Counted from the first letter of the stretch, positions 17,413 through 25,687 are shown. The stretch is 32,000 bases of DNA from Baia soyae (GCF_004341445.1 NZ_SLXV01000007.1:24039-56038), one strand, 5' to 3'. The notes: generated from the sequence alone by a model not told the origin. Made by a program: numbers and translations.

Positions 17413-17896
17413 AGACATCCACTTTTTTTATCTCCCTCATCGGATTCCCCACTACAAACGTATAGGCTGGCACATCCTTACTTACCACTGTCCCCGCCCC
17501 CACGACTGCCCCATCACCGATCGTCACTCCAGGTAAAATCGTTACATTGGCACCGATCATCACGTTATCTCCAATATGTACCTCGCCCAACCGATACTCA
17601 TCAATCAAATATTCATGTGTGAGAATCGTCGTATGATAGCCGATAATGGAGTTTCTCCCGATATAAATCATTTCTGGATAGAATAAATCCATCATCACTA
17701 AGAATGCTACAGCCGTCTGATCTCCTACTTTCATCCCCACTAGACGGTAAAGTCCATTCTTGATGCTCAAAAACGGCATATACCGAGCGATTAAAATCAC
17801 AATCGTTTGGCGAAATACTTTCCAGAAGGAGATGGTATCGTATTGTTGCCATAAAGAATTACTACCTGTCACTGGATATCTCTTCGTATTTCTCAC
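17405..17896 (-). CDS. Hexapeptide-repeat (left-handed beta-helix) acyl/acetyltransferase
   Basis: IGDNVMIGANVTILPGVTIGDGAVVGAGTVV hexapeptide repeats. The position next to lgt-hprK recalls B. subtilis yvoF. Confidence 0.8.
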   Translation of the reverse strand: MRNTKRYPVTGSNSLWQQYDTISFWKVFRQTIVILIARYMPFLSIKNGLYRLVGMKVGDQTAVAFLVMMDLFYPEMIYIGRNSIIGYHTTILTHEYLIDEYRLGEVHIGDNVMIGANVTILPGVTIGDGAVVGAGTVVSKDVPAYTFVVGNPMREIKKVDVSK

Positions 17897-17950
17897 TCTA
17901 GCTAAACCCCTTATAGAAAATCCCTCTCCCGTGTAGAGAGAGGGTTCTCG

Positions 17951-18871
17951 TTAACCTTCTATCGCTTGTTCTTGTTCTTGATCTCGGTACGATTCTTTCG
18001 CAGTACCTTTTACGCGACGCCAGATGATCATTAAGATAGCCCCAAGCATCAACAGCAAGCTGATGAGCTGTGCAACACGAATGTTACCAGAATCCATAGC
18101 CCCTGCTTTAAACACTACTTTCATCGGGGACCAGAGCGCATTTAAAATACCCTCCAACCAGCCCGGCCCTGTAAAGGTTAAACTGTCCGTACGTAGCCCT
18201 TCGATAAAGAAGCGGCCTAACGAATACCAAGCAAAGTATGTAAAGAAAATTTCACCACGTTTTGGATTCCAACGACGCATGAGGAGAAGAAGAACCAAGC
18301 CAGCTAGATTCCAAAGGGATTCGTATAAAAAAGTAGGGTGATAATAAGTTCCATTTATCTGCATTTGATCGATGATGAAAGTAGGAAGGTGCAAATGCTC
18401 TAAGAAAGCTCTACCTACCTCACCGCCATGGGCTTCCTGATTTAAAAAGTTCCCCCATCGCCCGATCGTTTGTCCTAAAATAATACTCGGCGCAATAATA
18501 TCTGCTACCTTTAGAAATGCTACATTTTTACGTTTCACATACCAGTATCCAACTATAATTGCTCCAATCAAACCACCGTGAATGGCTAAACCACCATTCC
18601 AAATCGCAATGATTTCACTTGGATGATCTTTATAATAACTCCATTCAAATAAAACATAATACAAGCGAGCTCCAATAATCGCCGCAGGAATGACCCAAAA
18701 TACCAAATCAATGAGATCATCCTCTTTTACACCACGGCGCTTCCCTTCTCGAACAGCAAGCAACAATCCTAATAGCACAGCAGTCCCCATAATAATTCCA
18801 TACCAATGGATTTTTAGAGGGCCGAGTTCCAATGCAACTGGATTGATTGCCGCCAAATATGAAGATAGCAT
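17951..18871 (-). CDS. lgt: Prolipoprotein diacylglyceryl transferase
   Basis: [22 protein letters not shown], multi-pass membrane protein, SD AGGAGG. Confidence 0.93.
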   Translation of the reverse strand: MLSSYLAAINPVALELGPLKIHWYGIIMGTAVLLGLLLAVREGKRRGVKEDDLIDLVFWVIPAAIIGARLYYVLFEWSYYKDHPSEIIAIWNGGLAIHGGLIGAIIVGYWYVKRKNVAFLKVADIIAPSIILGQTIGRWGNFLNQEAHGGEVGRAFLEHLHLPTFIIDQMQINGTYYHPTFLYESLWNLAGLVLLLLMRRWNPKRGEIFFTYFAWYSLGRFFIEGLRTDSLTFTGPGWLEGILNALWSPMKVVFKAGAMDSGNIRVAQLISLLLMLGAILMIIWRRVKGTAKESYRDQEQEQAIEG

Positions 18872-18974
18872 GAATCCATATTCCTCCTAACCGAATCACG
18901 AACGTTATATTTCATAACCCTATTTTACCTGAAAACCCTTGGATATTATATGGTTTTCATCAACGGCTTCTCTA

Positions 18975-19922
18975 TCAATCATAATCATCACCATCTGGAT
19001 CTTGATCATCGATTGTTTCCCCTAGTTTTTGGACAAACTGCTGGGCGGCATCATATCCCATTTGCCTTAATCTCATATTCATCGCTGCTACTTCAATAAT
19101 CACCGCTAAGTTTCGCCCAGGACGAACTGGCACAGTCAGAAGGGGTACATTGGTATCGATGATTTTCATTCGTTCCTCATCTAATCCCAGACGATCATAC
19201 TGCCGATTTGCTTGCCATGTCTCTAGCTGGATGACAAAAGAGAGACGTTTTTTATTCCGTACCGCACCAGCACCAAACAGAGTCATAACGTTAATGATCC
19301 CTAGACCGCGAATTTCAAGAAGATGACGGATCAGTTCCGGTGCACTCCCGATCAGCATATTTTCTTCAGCCTGTTTGATCTCCACTGCATCATCCGCAAC
19401 CAGCCGATGACCCCTCTTTACCAACTCTAGGGCTGTCTCACTTTTCCCAATCCCACTATCCCCCATTATGAGGACTCCCTCACCATATATATCAACTAAA
19501 ACTCCATGAACCGTCGTGGTCGGAGCTAATACTTTTTCCAGATAGTTGGTTACTTTACTAGAGAAACGAGTCGTTGCAAGCCCCGTTCGCAGAAGCGGAA
19601 CCCGGTGGCGTTTGGCAATCTGAATTAACTCTTCCGGTATCTCTATATTTCTCGTTATACAAATACAAGGAAGAAAGGGATGACAAAAACGTTCAAGCCG
19701 TTGCTTCCTAACATCAGGTGGGAGGCTTTCAATGAAGGTTAACTCCGTCTTCCCTAAAATCTGCAAACGTTCAATCGGATGATAGGTAAAAAAGCCAGAT
19801 AGCTCTAGCCCAGGGCGATACAAGTCACTTACTGTAATATTTCGATCCAATTGTTCCTCACCACAAACAATTTCCAACTGGAAATGTTGCTGTAAATTAC
19901 GGACGGACACCGTTTTCAACAT
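18975..19922 (-). CDS. hprK: HPr kinase/phosphorylase
   Basis: Walker A motif [14 protein letters not shown] plus the [11 protein letters not shown] signature. I prefer the start at ATG 19922 (MLKTVSV...) by comparison with the usual HprK N-terminus. The track start at 19961 has no SD. Confidence 0.9.
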   Translation of the reverse strand: MLKTVSVRNLQQHFQLEIVCGEEQLDRNITVSDLYRPGLELSGFFTYHPIERLQILGKTELTFIESLPPDVRKQRLERFCHPFLPCICITRNIEIPEELIQIAKRHRVPLLRTGLATTRFSSKVTNYLEKVLAPTTTVHGVLVDIYGEGVLIMGDSGIGKSETALELVKRGHRLVADDAVEIKQAEENMLIGSAPELIRHLLEIRGLGIINVMTLFGAGAVRNKKRLSFVIQLETWQANRQYDRLGLDEERMKIIDTNVPLLTVPVRPGRNLAVIIEVAAMNMRLRQMGYDAAQQFVQKLGETIDDQDPDGDDYD

Positions 19923-19985
19923 TGAAATGAGTCCTTTCTGCGTAGCAAACGACCGATCCATTGATCAGTCGCCAGCTATTTTCAT

Positions 19986-21095
19986 TTATACAACCGCTTC
20001 TTCGGTTTCTTTATCGAAAATATAAACTTGATCCATCTTCACTGATAGTGTCAACTGAGAACCCAAACGATATTCAGACGGCGACTTCACACGAGCTGTC
20101 ATGCCACCCCGGCCCACACCTTTCAGGTAAAGGGTCATCTCGGAGCCTGTATGTTCCATCATCTCAATCTCTGCCTTAAAGGTGTTCGGTCGGCTTGGTG
20201 ACTCCGGTTCATCCTGAAGCGCCTCGGGACGAAATCCTAAGATGATGCTTTTTCCAATGTATCCTTTTTCTCGAAGGCTACTTGCCTTTTCAGCTGGGAT
20301 TTTCCATCTCGCACCTTCTGCTATGAAGAAGAGTAAACCATCCTCTTCGGAAAGAATTCCATCTAGTACATTCATCGTTGGGGAACCCATAAATCGTGCT
20401 ACAAATAGGTTAGCAGGATGGTGATATAGTTCGTTTGGTATAGCAACTTGTTGAATGACCCCATCCTTCATCACCACAACGCGATCACCCATCGTCATCG
20501 CCTCTGTTTGATCGTGAGTCACATAGATCGTCGTGGTTCCTAATCGTTGATGTAACTTTCGAATTTCTGTTCGCATATGTACTCGTAGCGTTGCATCCAG
20601 ATTAGAAAGAGGCTCGTCCAGCAAAAACAGCTCTGGCTCACGTACCATAGCACGACCAAGAGCCACCCGTTGATGCTGCCCGCCTGAGAGTGTCTTCGGC
20701 CTCTGATCTAGATAAGATTCCATATCTAACATCTGCGCCGCATGACGCACTCGCTGATCGATCTCTTTTTCATCCATTTTCTTCATTTTTAAACCAAATG
20801 CTATATTTTCATACACCGTCATATGTGGATAGAGGGCATGGTTTTGAAACACCATTGCGATATTACGGTCTTTAGGCTCTACATGATTCATGGTGCGATC
20901 ATCAATGGATACAGTTCCATCCGAAATCTCTTCTAATCCAGCTATCATACGAAGAGTCGTCGACTTCCCACAGCCAGATGGACCTACTATTACGAGAAAC
21001 TCCTTATCATGAATCTCGAGATGAAAATCTTGAATCGTTGGTTTATTATCTGAAGGATATTGTTTATAAATATGTTCAAGAACTACCTTGGCCAT
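19986..21095 (-). CDS. msmX: MsmX/MalK-type sugar ABC transporter ATP-binding protein
   Basis: GPSGCGKST, LSGGQ, LLDEPLSNLD, and a C-terminal MalK-like regulatory domain. No permease or binding-protein gene is adjacent. Confidence 0.88.
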   Translation of the reverse strand: MAKVVLEHIYKQYPSDNKPTIQDFHLEIHDKEFLVIVGPSGCGKSTTLRMIAGLEEISDGTVSIDDRTMNHVEPKDRNIAMVFQNHALYPHMTVYENIAFGLKMKKMDEKEIDQRVRHAAQMLDMESYLDQRPKTLSGGQHQRVALGRAMVREPELFLLDEPLSNLDATLRVHMRTEIRKLHQRLGTTTIYVTHDQTEAMTMGDRVVVMKDGVIQQVAIPNELYHHPANLFVARFMGSPTMNVLDGILSEEDGLLFFIAEGARWKIPAEKASSLREKGYIGKSIILGFRPEALQDEPESPSRPNTFKAEIEMMEHTGSEMTLYLKGVGRGGMTARVKSPSEYRLGSQLTLSVKMDQVYIFDKETEEAVV

Positions 21096-21156
21096 GTGGT
21101 CCGCAAACCCCTTTTCGCTTTTGTAGTACGCTTCTATTCTACTCTACCTTGACCAT

Positions 21157-21198
21157 AAAAAAAATAACGCAGATGAGCACCTAACGGGCAACATCTGC
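21157..21198 (-). terminator. Terminator overlapping the 3' end of the PucR-like gene
   Basis: GCAGATG (21169-21175) pairs with CATCTGC (21192-21198). The plus-strand A-run at 21157-21164 is a T-run on the minus strand. Confidence 0.6.
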
Positions 21199-21978
21199 TT
21201 TTCGACGGAGGATGAACTGCATAAGCTTCACCATCATCGCATCATCAAAAACACGTAAATCATAGCCAATCTCTTCGCGAATCTTTTCTAGGCGATAAAG
21301 TAACGTATTTCGATGAATATATAATTTACGAGCCGTCTCACTCACATTTAGATCTTCTTCCAGAAAGCACTGGATCGTCTTCATCATCTCTCCATCACTC
21401 CATAAAGGAGTTGTCGGGATCACAGCGCAAACTTGGTCTAGTTGATGCACTTGAAGACTATGAATGAGTTCATATAAAAAAGTGTTCCATGTCGTGACAA
21501 TGGCTTGATCCGGATCGATCTTATATGACATTTTCTCTGCTCTTTTCATTCGATCCATCTCTTCAAACAGCGCTTCAGACGATACTACCTTTTCACCCAC
21601 AATGATTCGTGCTTCTCCGCCTAACTCAGTTCGCACCCTTTCTAAAAAACCTCGCGCCTTTGAAAGCAACTCATTCCGCTGCGCCGTACGATCCCTCTGA
21701 TCCAATTCACGATCTGGCTGCATCACAAGCCACTGTTCATAAGCAACTTCTACGAGAAGTAAATCTAGATCTACAAAATAGCTTTGTAGAAACTTCTCCC
21801 AATCCACTTCCATCTGCTCTCCGTGGATAGGTGCATCTACTTGAACATAGAACAAACACCATTTCTCTATTTTCTTAAAGAAATCGTGAGAAAGAGAGTT
21901 CCGAACTCCTTGTTGCCAAAACAGGACGACGCTATCTGAGTTAGAACAAGTTTGGGTTAATTCTTGAGATTTAGTCAT
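21181..21978 (-). CDS. PucR/CdaR-family transcriptional regulator (C-terminal HTH)
   Basis: C-terminal VSETARKLYIHRNTLLYRLEKIREEIG is the PucR-type HTH. It is divergent from the first surface-protein gene. Confidence 0.8.
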   Translation of the reverse strand: MTKSQELTQTCSNSDSVVLFWQQGVRNSLSHDFFKKIEKWCLFYVQVDAPIHGEQMEVDWEKFLQSYFVDLDLLLVEVAYEQWLVMQPDRELDQRDRTAQRNELLSKARGFLERVRTELGGEARIIVGEKVVSSEALFEEMDRMKRAEKMSYKIDPDQAIVTTWNTFLYELIHSLQVHQLDQVCAVIPTTPLWSDGEMMKTIQCFLEEDLNVSETARKLYIHRNTLLYRLEKIREEIGYDLRVFDDAMMVKLMQFILRRKADVAR

Positions 21979-22208
21979 TTATTATATAGAGAGCGTCTCA
22001 TGTTTCTGCTAGATACACTCGCTCTCTCTCCCCTTCCTCTCACATTCCACTATCAAAATAGCCTACCATTTTTCAACACCATTCTCATATCTATTCACTC
22101 ATACCAATACCGCAAAACATATGGGAAATCCTGCTACATTATCCTATCATCTTGCAATAAAAAATCGCAGTCTATTACAGACCCTATCTTAACTTTTTAT
22201 CATATTAA

Positions 22209-22277
22209 TATGAACAAAATGTGAAATTACCAAAACCACATCAAATCAGGACACAAAAACCAAGTTTATTTCGATAT
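22209..22277 (+). promoter_or_regulatory. Conserved upstream module of paralog 1
   Basis: TATGAA-caaaa-TGTGAA (22209-22225). GACAC (22250-22254), 17 nt, CGATAT (22272-22277). Then AGGAGATGACCATTC-ATG. Confidence 0.55.
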
Positions 22278-22325
22278 AGAGTATGAAAGAAATAATTATT
22301 TCTAGTTAATAGGAGATGACCATTC

Positions 22326-23435
22326 ATGGTACGTATGACGAAACCGTTCGCAGTACTTGCGACACTAGCACTTTCCGTAACCGCTTTCCAAGGCGTTGTA
22401 GCGGCTCACGATGAAACAAAACCAACTACTAACCCAACCGCTACTACTGAGCAAAAACCGGCTGATAAAAAAGTAGAAGGTAACGCTGATACTAAAGTCG
22501 AGGATAAAAAAATAGAAAGCAAAATCGATGCTAAAGTTGAAGATAAAAAAGCAACTGAAGGCAAAACAACTACTCCTGCCGCTGAAAAAGGCAAGGTAGC
22601 TGATAAAAAAGAAGTAAAGAAAGTGGAAATCGGGGTAACTGAAACCGGATCAGTTCTAAAAGCGGAACTTAAGGGCACTAAAGAAGCAAAAGGTACCTGG
22701 AAGTTCTTTATTGGCAATAAAGAGGTCTTCTCTACACAAGGTGGAGCTTCTTTTGAATTTGACTTCTCAAATCCAGACCTCGCAAAGAAATTCATTGAAG
22801 CGAGTGCTGAAGCGAGTGCTGGATATGCTGTAATCCAATTTGAAGGAACTTCTAATGGAACTCCTATCAAAGGACAAGTTAGAAATGATTTGGCTAATGA
22901 ACTTACTACAACAGCAACAGTAAAAAATAGTACTCTCACTGTGACTGGTAAACTCAATGGCGCTAAAAAAGCAAAAGGTACTTGGGTTGCTATAGTAAAT
23001 ACCAATATTCAGTTCTTTAAAAACGGAGAGCCTAATGAAACCATTGTTGATCACGAAATGATTGAAAACGGTGGCCTCTCAAGTAAATTTGCCTTCAAAG
23101 ATCTAAAACCTGGTACTTACTTTGTACTTGTAGCTTTTGAAGGTACTGTTGACGGCAAAGATACAGATACTTATGACGTTATGAAAGTTGTAGTAAAAAA
23201 AGCAGGTAAAGCTGATTCGGGTAAGGATTCTGTAGAAGTTACTCCAGTTAAAAAGCCTGTTACAAAAGAAGCGACCAAGCAAGAAACGAAAAAAGCCATT
23301 GAAGATGCAAAAGGTGGTAAGTTACCAAAAACCTCTACTAGCTACCCAATCGCGACTGTTGCGGGTGCAGCTGTTCTGATGGTGGGAGCAGGTCTCTTCT
23401 TCGTAGCTCGTCGTCGCAAACAAAAACAACAATAA
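22326..23435 (+). CDS. Sortase-anchored surface protein, paralog 1 (two-module form)
   Basis: Signal peptide MVRMTKPFAVLATLALSVTAFQGVVAA. K/E/D-rich stalk. Two modules carrying the AKGTW ... FEGT signature. LPKTS (23322-23336), then a hydrophobic span and RRRKQKQQ. Confidence 0.9.
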   Translation: MVRMTKPFAVLATLALSVTAFQGVVAAHDETKPTTNPTATTEQKPADKKVEGNADTKVEDKKIESKIDAKVEDKKATEGKTTTPAAEKGKVADKKEVKKVEIGVTETGSVLKAELKGTKEAKGTWKFFIGNKEVFSTQGGASFEFDFSNPDLAKKFIEASAEASAGYAVIQFEGTSNGTPIKGQVRNDLANELTTTATVKNSTLTVTGKLNGAKKAKGTWVAIVNTNIQFFKNGEPNETIVDHEMIENGGLSSKFAFKDLKPGTYFVLVAFEGTVDGKDTDTYDVMKVVVKKAGKADSGKDSVEVTPVKKPVTKEATKQETKKAIEDAKGGKLPKTSTSYPIATVAGAAVLMVGAGLFFVARRRKQKQQ

Positions 23436-23451
23436 TCTTTTTTAAGTAGAA

Positions 23452-23480
23452 AGCATACCTAACGTGGGTATGCTTTTTTA
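23452..23480 (+). terminator. Terminator of paralog 1
   Basis: AGCATACC (23452-23459) pairs with GGTATGCT (23467-23474), then TTTTTT. Confidence 0.75.
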
Positions 23481-23486
23481 TTTGAA

Positions 23487-23556
23487 TGTGAATAAACAAT
23501 GAATTCTATTTAAATTAATTGATTTTAGACACTAAAAAATAAGATGATTTCGATAT
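23487..23556 (+). promoter_or_regulatory. Conserved upstream module of paralog 2
   Basis: TGTGAA-taaac-AATGAA (23487-23503). GACAC (23528-23532), 18 nt, CGATAT (23551-23556). Confidence 0.5.
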
Positions 23557-23603
23557 ATATTGTGTAAGCCTATTATTTGAAAGTACATAGGAGATGACCA
23601 TTC

Positions 23604-24677
23604 ATGAAACGTATGACAAAACCATTCGCAGTACTTGCGACACTAGCCCTTTCTGTAACTGCTTTTCAAGGCGTTGTAGCAGCGAACGAAACAAAGCCTG
23701 CTAATCCAACTGCTCCGGTCTCCACCGAGCAAAAGCCAGTCGATAAAAAAGTGGAAGGCACAATGGACTCTAAAGTCACAGACAACAAAAAGGATGGGAA
23801 AGCTACCAACACAACTCCTCCTCCAGCTAATGAAAAAAATAACAAACCAGCTAAAAACAAAGCACAAAAAGAAGTAGAAATCGACCTTACAGATACAGAA
23901 AAGGGTATCAAAGCTCAATTGAAAGGGGTAAAGGAAGCAAAAGGGACTTGGACATTGCTTGTTGGTGGTCAAGTAATCATCTCTGCACAAGGTGGAGCTT
24001 CTCACGAATTCGACCTCACTGATCCGAAAGTGGAAGCAAAACTAGCGGCTATCGACGAGCTCGCATGTTTGGAAGTTCAATTTGAAGGGACGACTACCGG
24101 AACTCCTGTAAAAGGGAACGGAAAGGATGAATCACCAGCTGATATTCCGGTTATCTCTGTCAAAACAGAAGTAAAAGATAGCACTCTTACTCTCAACACA
24201 AAAATCAAAGATGCAAAAGAAGCCAAAGGTCAATGGGTTGCTGTGGTAAGCAAAACTCGTGAGTTCAACAATAACGACCTCGTTGGTCATAAAAAAGAAG
24301 AGGGCGGGGCTTCTAAAACATTTACCTTTAAAGATTTGAAGCCAGGCACTTACTTTGTACTCCTTACCTTTAAAGGTACTGTGGATGGTAAAGAGAAAGA
24401 AACATGTACCGTTGTCAAAGTGGATGTCCCTAAGGGCGGAACACCTAGTACTGGTACCGGTACTGGCACCAATCCCTCTACTCCTGTAGAGCCTAAACCA
24501 GTTAGTAAGCCTGTTACAAAAGAACAAGCGAAAAAAGCGGTTGAAAAGGCAGAAGGTGGCCAGCTACCAAAAACGGCTACCAGCTATCCAATCGCTACCG
24601 TGGCGGGTGCGGCTATTCTAATGATAGGTGCAGGACTCTTCTTCGTAGCTCGTCGTCGTAAGCAAAAACAACAGTAG
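23604..24677 (+). CDS. Sortase-anchored surface protein, paralog 2 (two-module form)
   Basis: Same signal peptide (MKRMTKPFAVLATLALSVTAFQGVVAA). Two modules (KEAKGTW..., AKEAKGQW...FKDLKPGTYFVLLTFKGTVDGK). LPKTATSYPIATVAGAAILMIGAGLFFVARRRKQKQQ. Confidence 0.9.
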   Translation: MKRMTKPFAVLATLALSVTAFQGVVAANETKPANPTAPVSTEQKPVDKKVEGTMDSKVTDNKKDGKATNTTPPPANEKNNKPAKNKAQKEVEIDLTDTEKGIKAQLKGVKEAKGTWTLLVGGQVIISAQGGASHEFDLTDPKVEAKLAAIDELACLEVQFEGTTTGTPVKGNGKDESPADIPVISVKTEVKDSTLTLNTKIKDAKEAKGQWVAVVSKTREFNNNDLVGHKKEEGGASKTFTFKDLKPGTYFVLLTFKGTVDGKEKETCTVVKVDVPKGGTPSTGTGTGTNPSTPVEPKPVSKPVTKEQAKKAVEKAEGGQLPKTATSYPIATVAGAAILMIGAGLFFVARRRKQKQQ

Positions 24678-24690
24678 TACTTGATAAAAA

Positions 24691-24718
24691 AGCATGCCTA
24701 AGTCAGGTGTGCTTTTTC
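24691..24718 (+). terminator. Terminator of paralog 2
   Basis: AGCATGCCT pairs with AGGTGTGCT (with G-U pairs), then TTTTT. It is homologous to the terminators of paralogs 1 and 3. Confidence 0.65.
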
Positions 24719-24781
24719 TTTCACTAGACAATCGATATAAAAATACATAACATAGAAAAAAACCACATAGAAAATGAGGGA

Positions 24782-25417
24782 GTGGTCATAATTCGAATAT
24801 TATCTTGGTTATTAATCATAGCAGGAACTGTCGTTTTGGGATGGAACGCATATAATTGGTGGAGTGAAAGTGCTTCTTCCGTGCCCTATGAAGAGGCTAC
24901 CATGAGCAAGATTGATAAAAAAGGAGACGATACTTCTCCACAACCAGCTCTTGCGAAAGGAATTCCATCCGATCTCAAACATAATAGGGGAGATATGATC
25001 GCTACTCTAAGCATTCACCGTTTAAAAAAGAATCTTGAAGTTGTGTATGGTGCAGACGCCGATTCACTTGAAAAAGGCGTGGGGAGCTATATAGAAGATA
25101 ACGATCCTCAGACTAAAGATAAGACTGTAAAACCAGGTGAAACCGGACATGTTGTTCTATCTGGTCATCGTGATACCAAGTTCAAAGGGATGGGCGAACT
25201 AAAAGTCGGAGACCGATTAATTATTGACTACAACAATCACTACTTTATCTATCAGGTACGAAAGACGTGGGTAACACCCAAAGAAGACCGAAAGGTTATC
25301 GTCACAAAAGATAAACCAATCCTTACCTTAGTTACTTGTTATCCATTTAATATGCTAGGCAGTGCACCTAAACGATATATTATCGAATCTGAGTTAATCG
25401 AGATTCAAAATAAATAA
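24782..25417 (+). CDS. Sortase, YhcS/SrtD-like (class D type)
   Basis: N-terminal TM segment. Motifs GADADSLEKGVGSY, VLSGHRD (His), TLVTCYP (Cys), APKRYIIES (Arg). No C-terminal TM. GTG start with the SD unusually close. Confidence 0.88.
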   Translation: MVIIRILSWLLIIAGTVVLGWNAYNWWSESASSVPYEEATMSKIDKKGDDTSPQPALAKGIPSDLKHNRGDMIATLSIHRLKKNLEVVYGADADSLEKGVGSYIEDNDPQTKDKTVKPGETGHVVLSGHRDTKFKGMGELKVGDRLIIDYNNHYFIYQVRKTWVTPKEDRKVIVTKDKPILTLVTCYPFNMLGSAPKRYIIESELIEIQNK

Positions 25418-25448
25418 CAAAAGAGATTTCCTGCACTCCGTTGATATG

Positions 25449-25506
25449 CTCCCTAAAAGGTAGACAGTTGAAATAATAAAAACTGTTACCGAAGGGGAGT
25501 TTTTTC
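25449..25506 (+). terminator. Terminator of the sortase gene
   Basis: Composite hairpin: CTCCC/GGGAG (25449-53 / 25495-99), GGTA/TACC and ACAGTT/AACTGT, followed by TTTTTT. Confidence 0.7.
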
Positions 25507-25568
25507 ATGAGAAAAGGAATCCTTTTTTATAATATGGGACGCATTTATGTAATAAATTGGTCCATTAA

Positions 25569-25638
25569 TGTGAACAAAATGTGAAATTAACTAAAATGAC
25601 TCATTTTATGACACAAAAAAAGAAAAGTGTTTCGATAT
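25569..25638 (+). promoter_or_regulatory. Conserved upstream module of paralog 3 (best-formed copy)
   Basis: TGTGAA-caaaa-TGTGAA (25569-25585). TAAAAT (25592-25597). Palindrome AAAATGACTCATTTT (25593-25607). GACAC (25610-25614), 18 nt, CGATAT (25633-25638). Confidence 0.55.
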
Positions 25639-25687
25639 AAACTATGTAGAACTCATTTTATACATAATTCTTAGGAGATGACCATTC

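Noticed and set aside
18872-18974. GAAAACC/GGTTTTC hairpin in the hprK-lgt spacer
   Set aside because: It is a 7-bp stem with no T-run on the transcribed (minus) strand. That is insufficient to call a terminator or regulatory element.
21096-21160. Search for a CcpA cre box near msmX/hprK and upstream of the surface-protein genes
   Set aside because: I found no sequence satisfying the TGNAANCGNWNNCA core by eye. The TGAACGAACTGTGA at 26758-26771 fails the central CG positions.
1990-21830. Remaining 60-130-aa track ORFs nested antisense or out of frame within argS, the PBP, P4H, clpP, whiA, yvcK, rapZ, TPR, prs, hisH-like/Ham1, the acetyltransferase, lgt, msmX, pucR, gnd-like and uvrA
   Set aside because: Each lies fully inside a longer ORF that has clear family motifs, and none shows an SD or recognisable domain.
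21964-22224. 86-aa plus-strand ORF in the pucR/paralog 1 intergenic region
   Set aside because: It has no SD and a low-complexity product. Its conserved 3' end (..INMNKM*) reflects nucleotide-level conservation of the TGAA direct repeat, which is also found upstream of the other paralogs in non-coding context.
25507-25584. 25-codon ORF MRKGILFYNMGRIYVINWSINVNKM after the sortase terminator, with GGGGAG 7 nt upstream
   Set aside because: The apparent SD is the 3' arm of the sortase terminator. The ORF is not conserved upstream of the other paralogs, and its end overlaps the conserved direct repeat. It is more economically explained as regulatory DNA. Ribosome profiling could revisit this.
25610-25638. 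Calling the GACAC-N18-CGATAT element a bona fide sigma-D promoter
   Set aside because: Only the -10 core matches GCCGATAT. No TAAA lies at the expected ~15-nt distance in any of the four copies, so I report it only as an alternative-sigma-like element.
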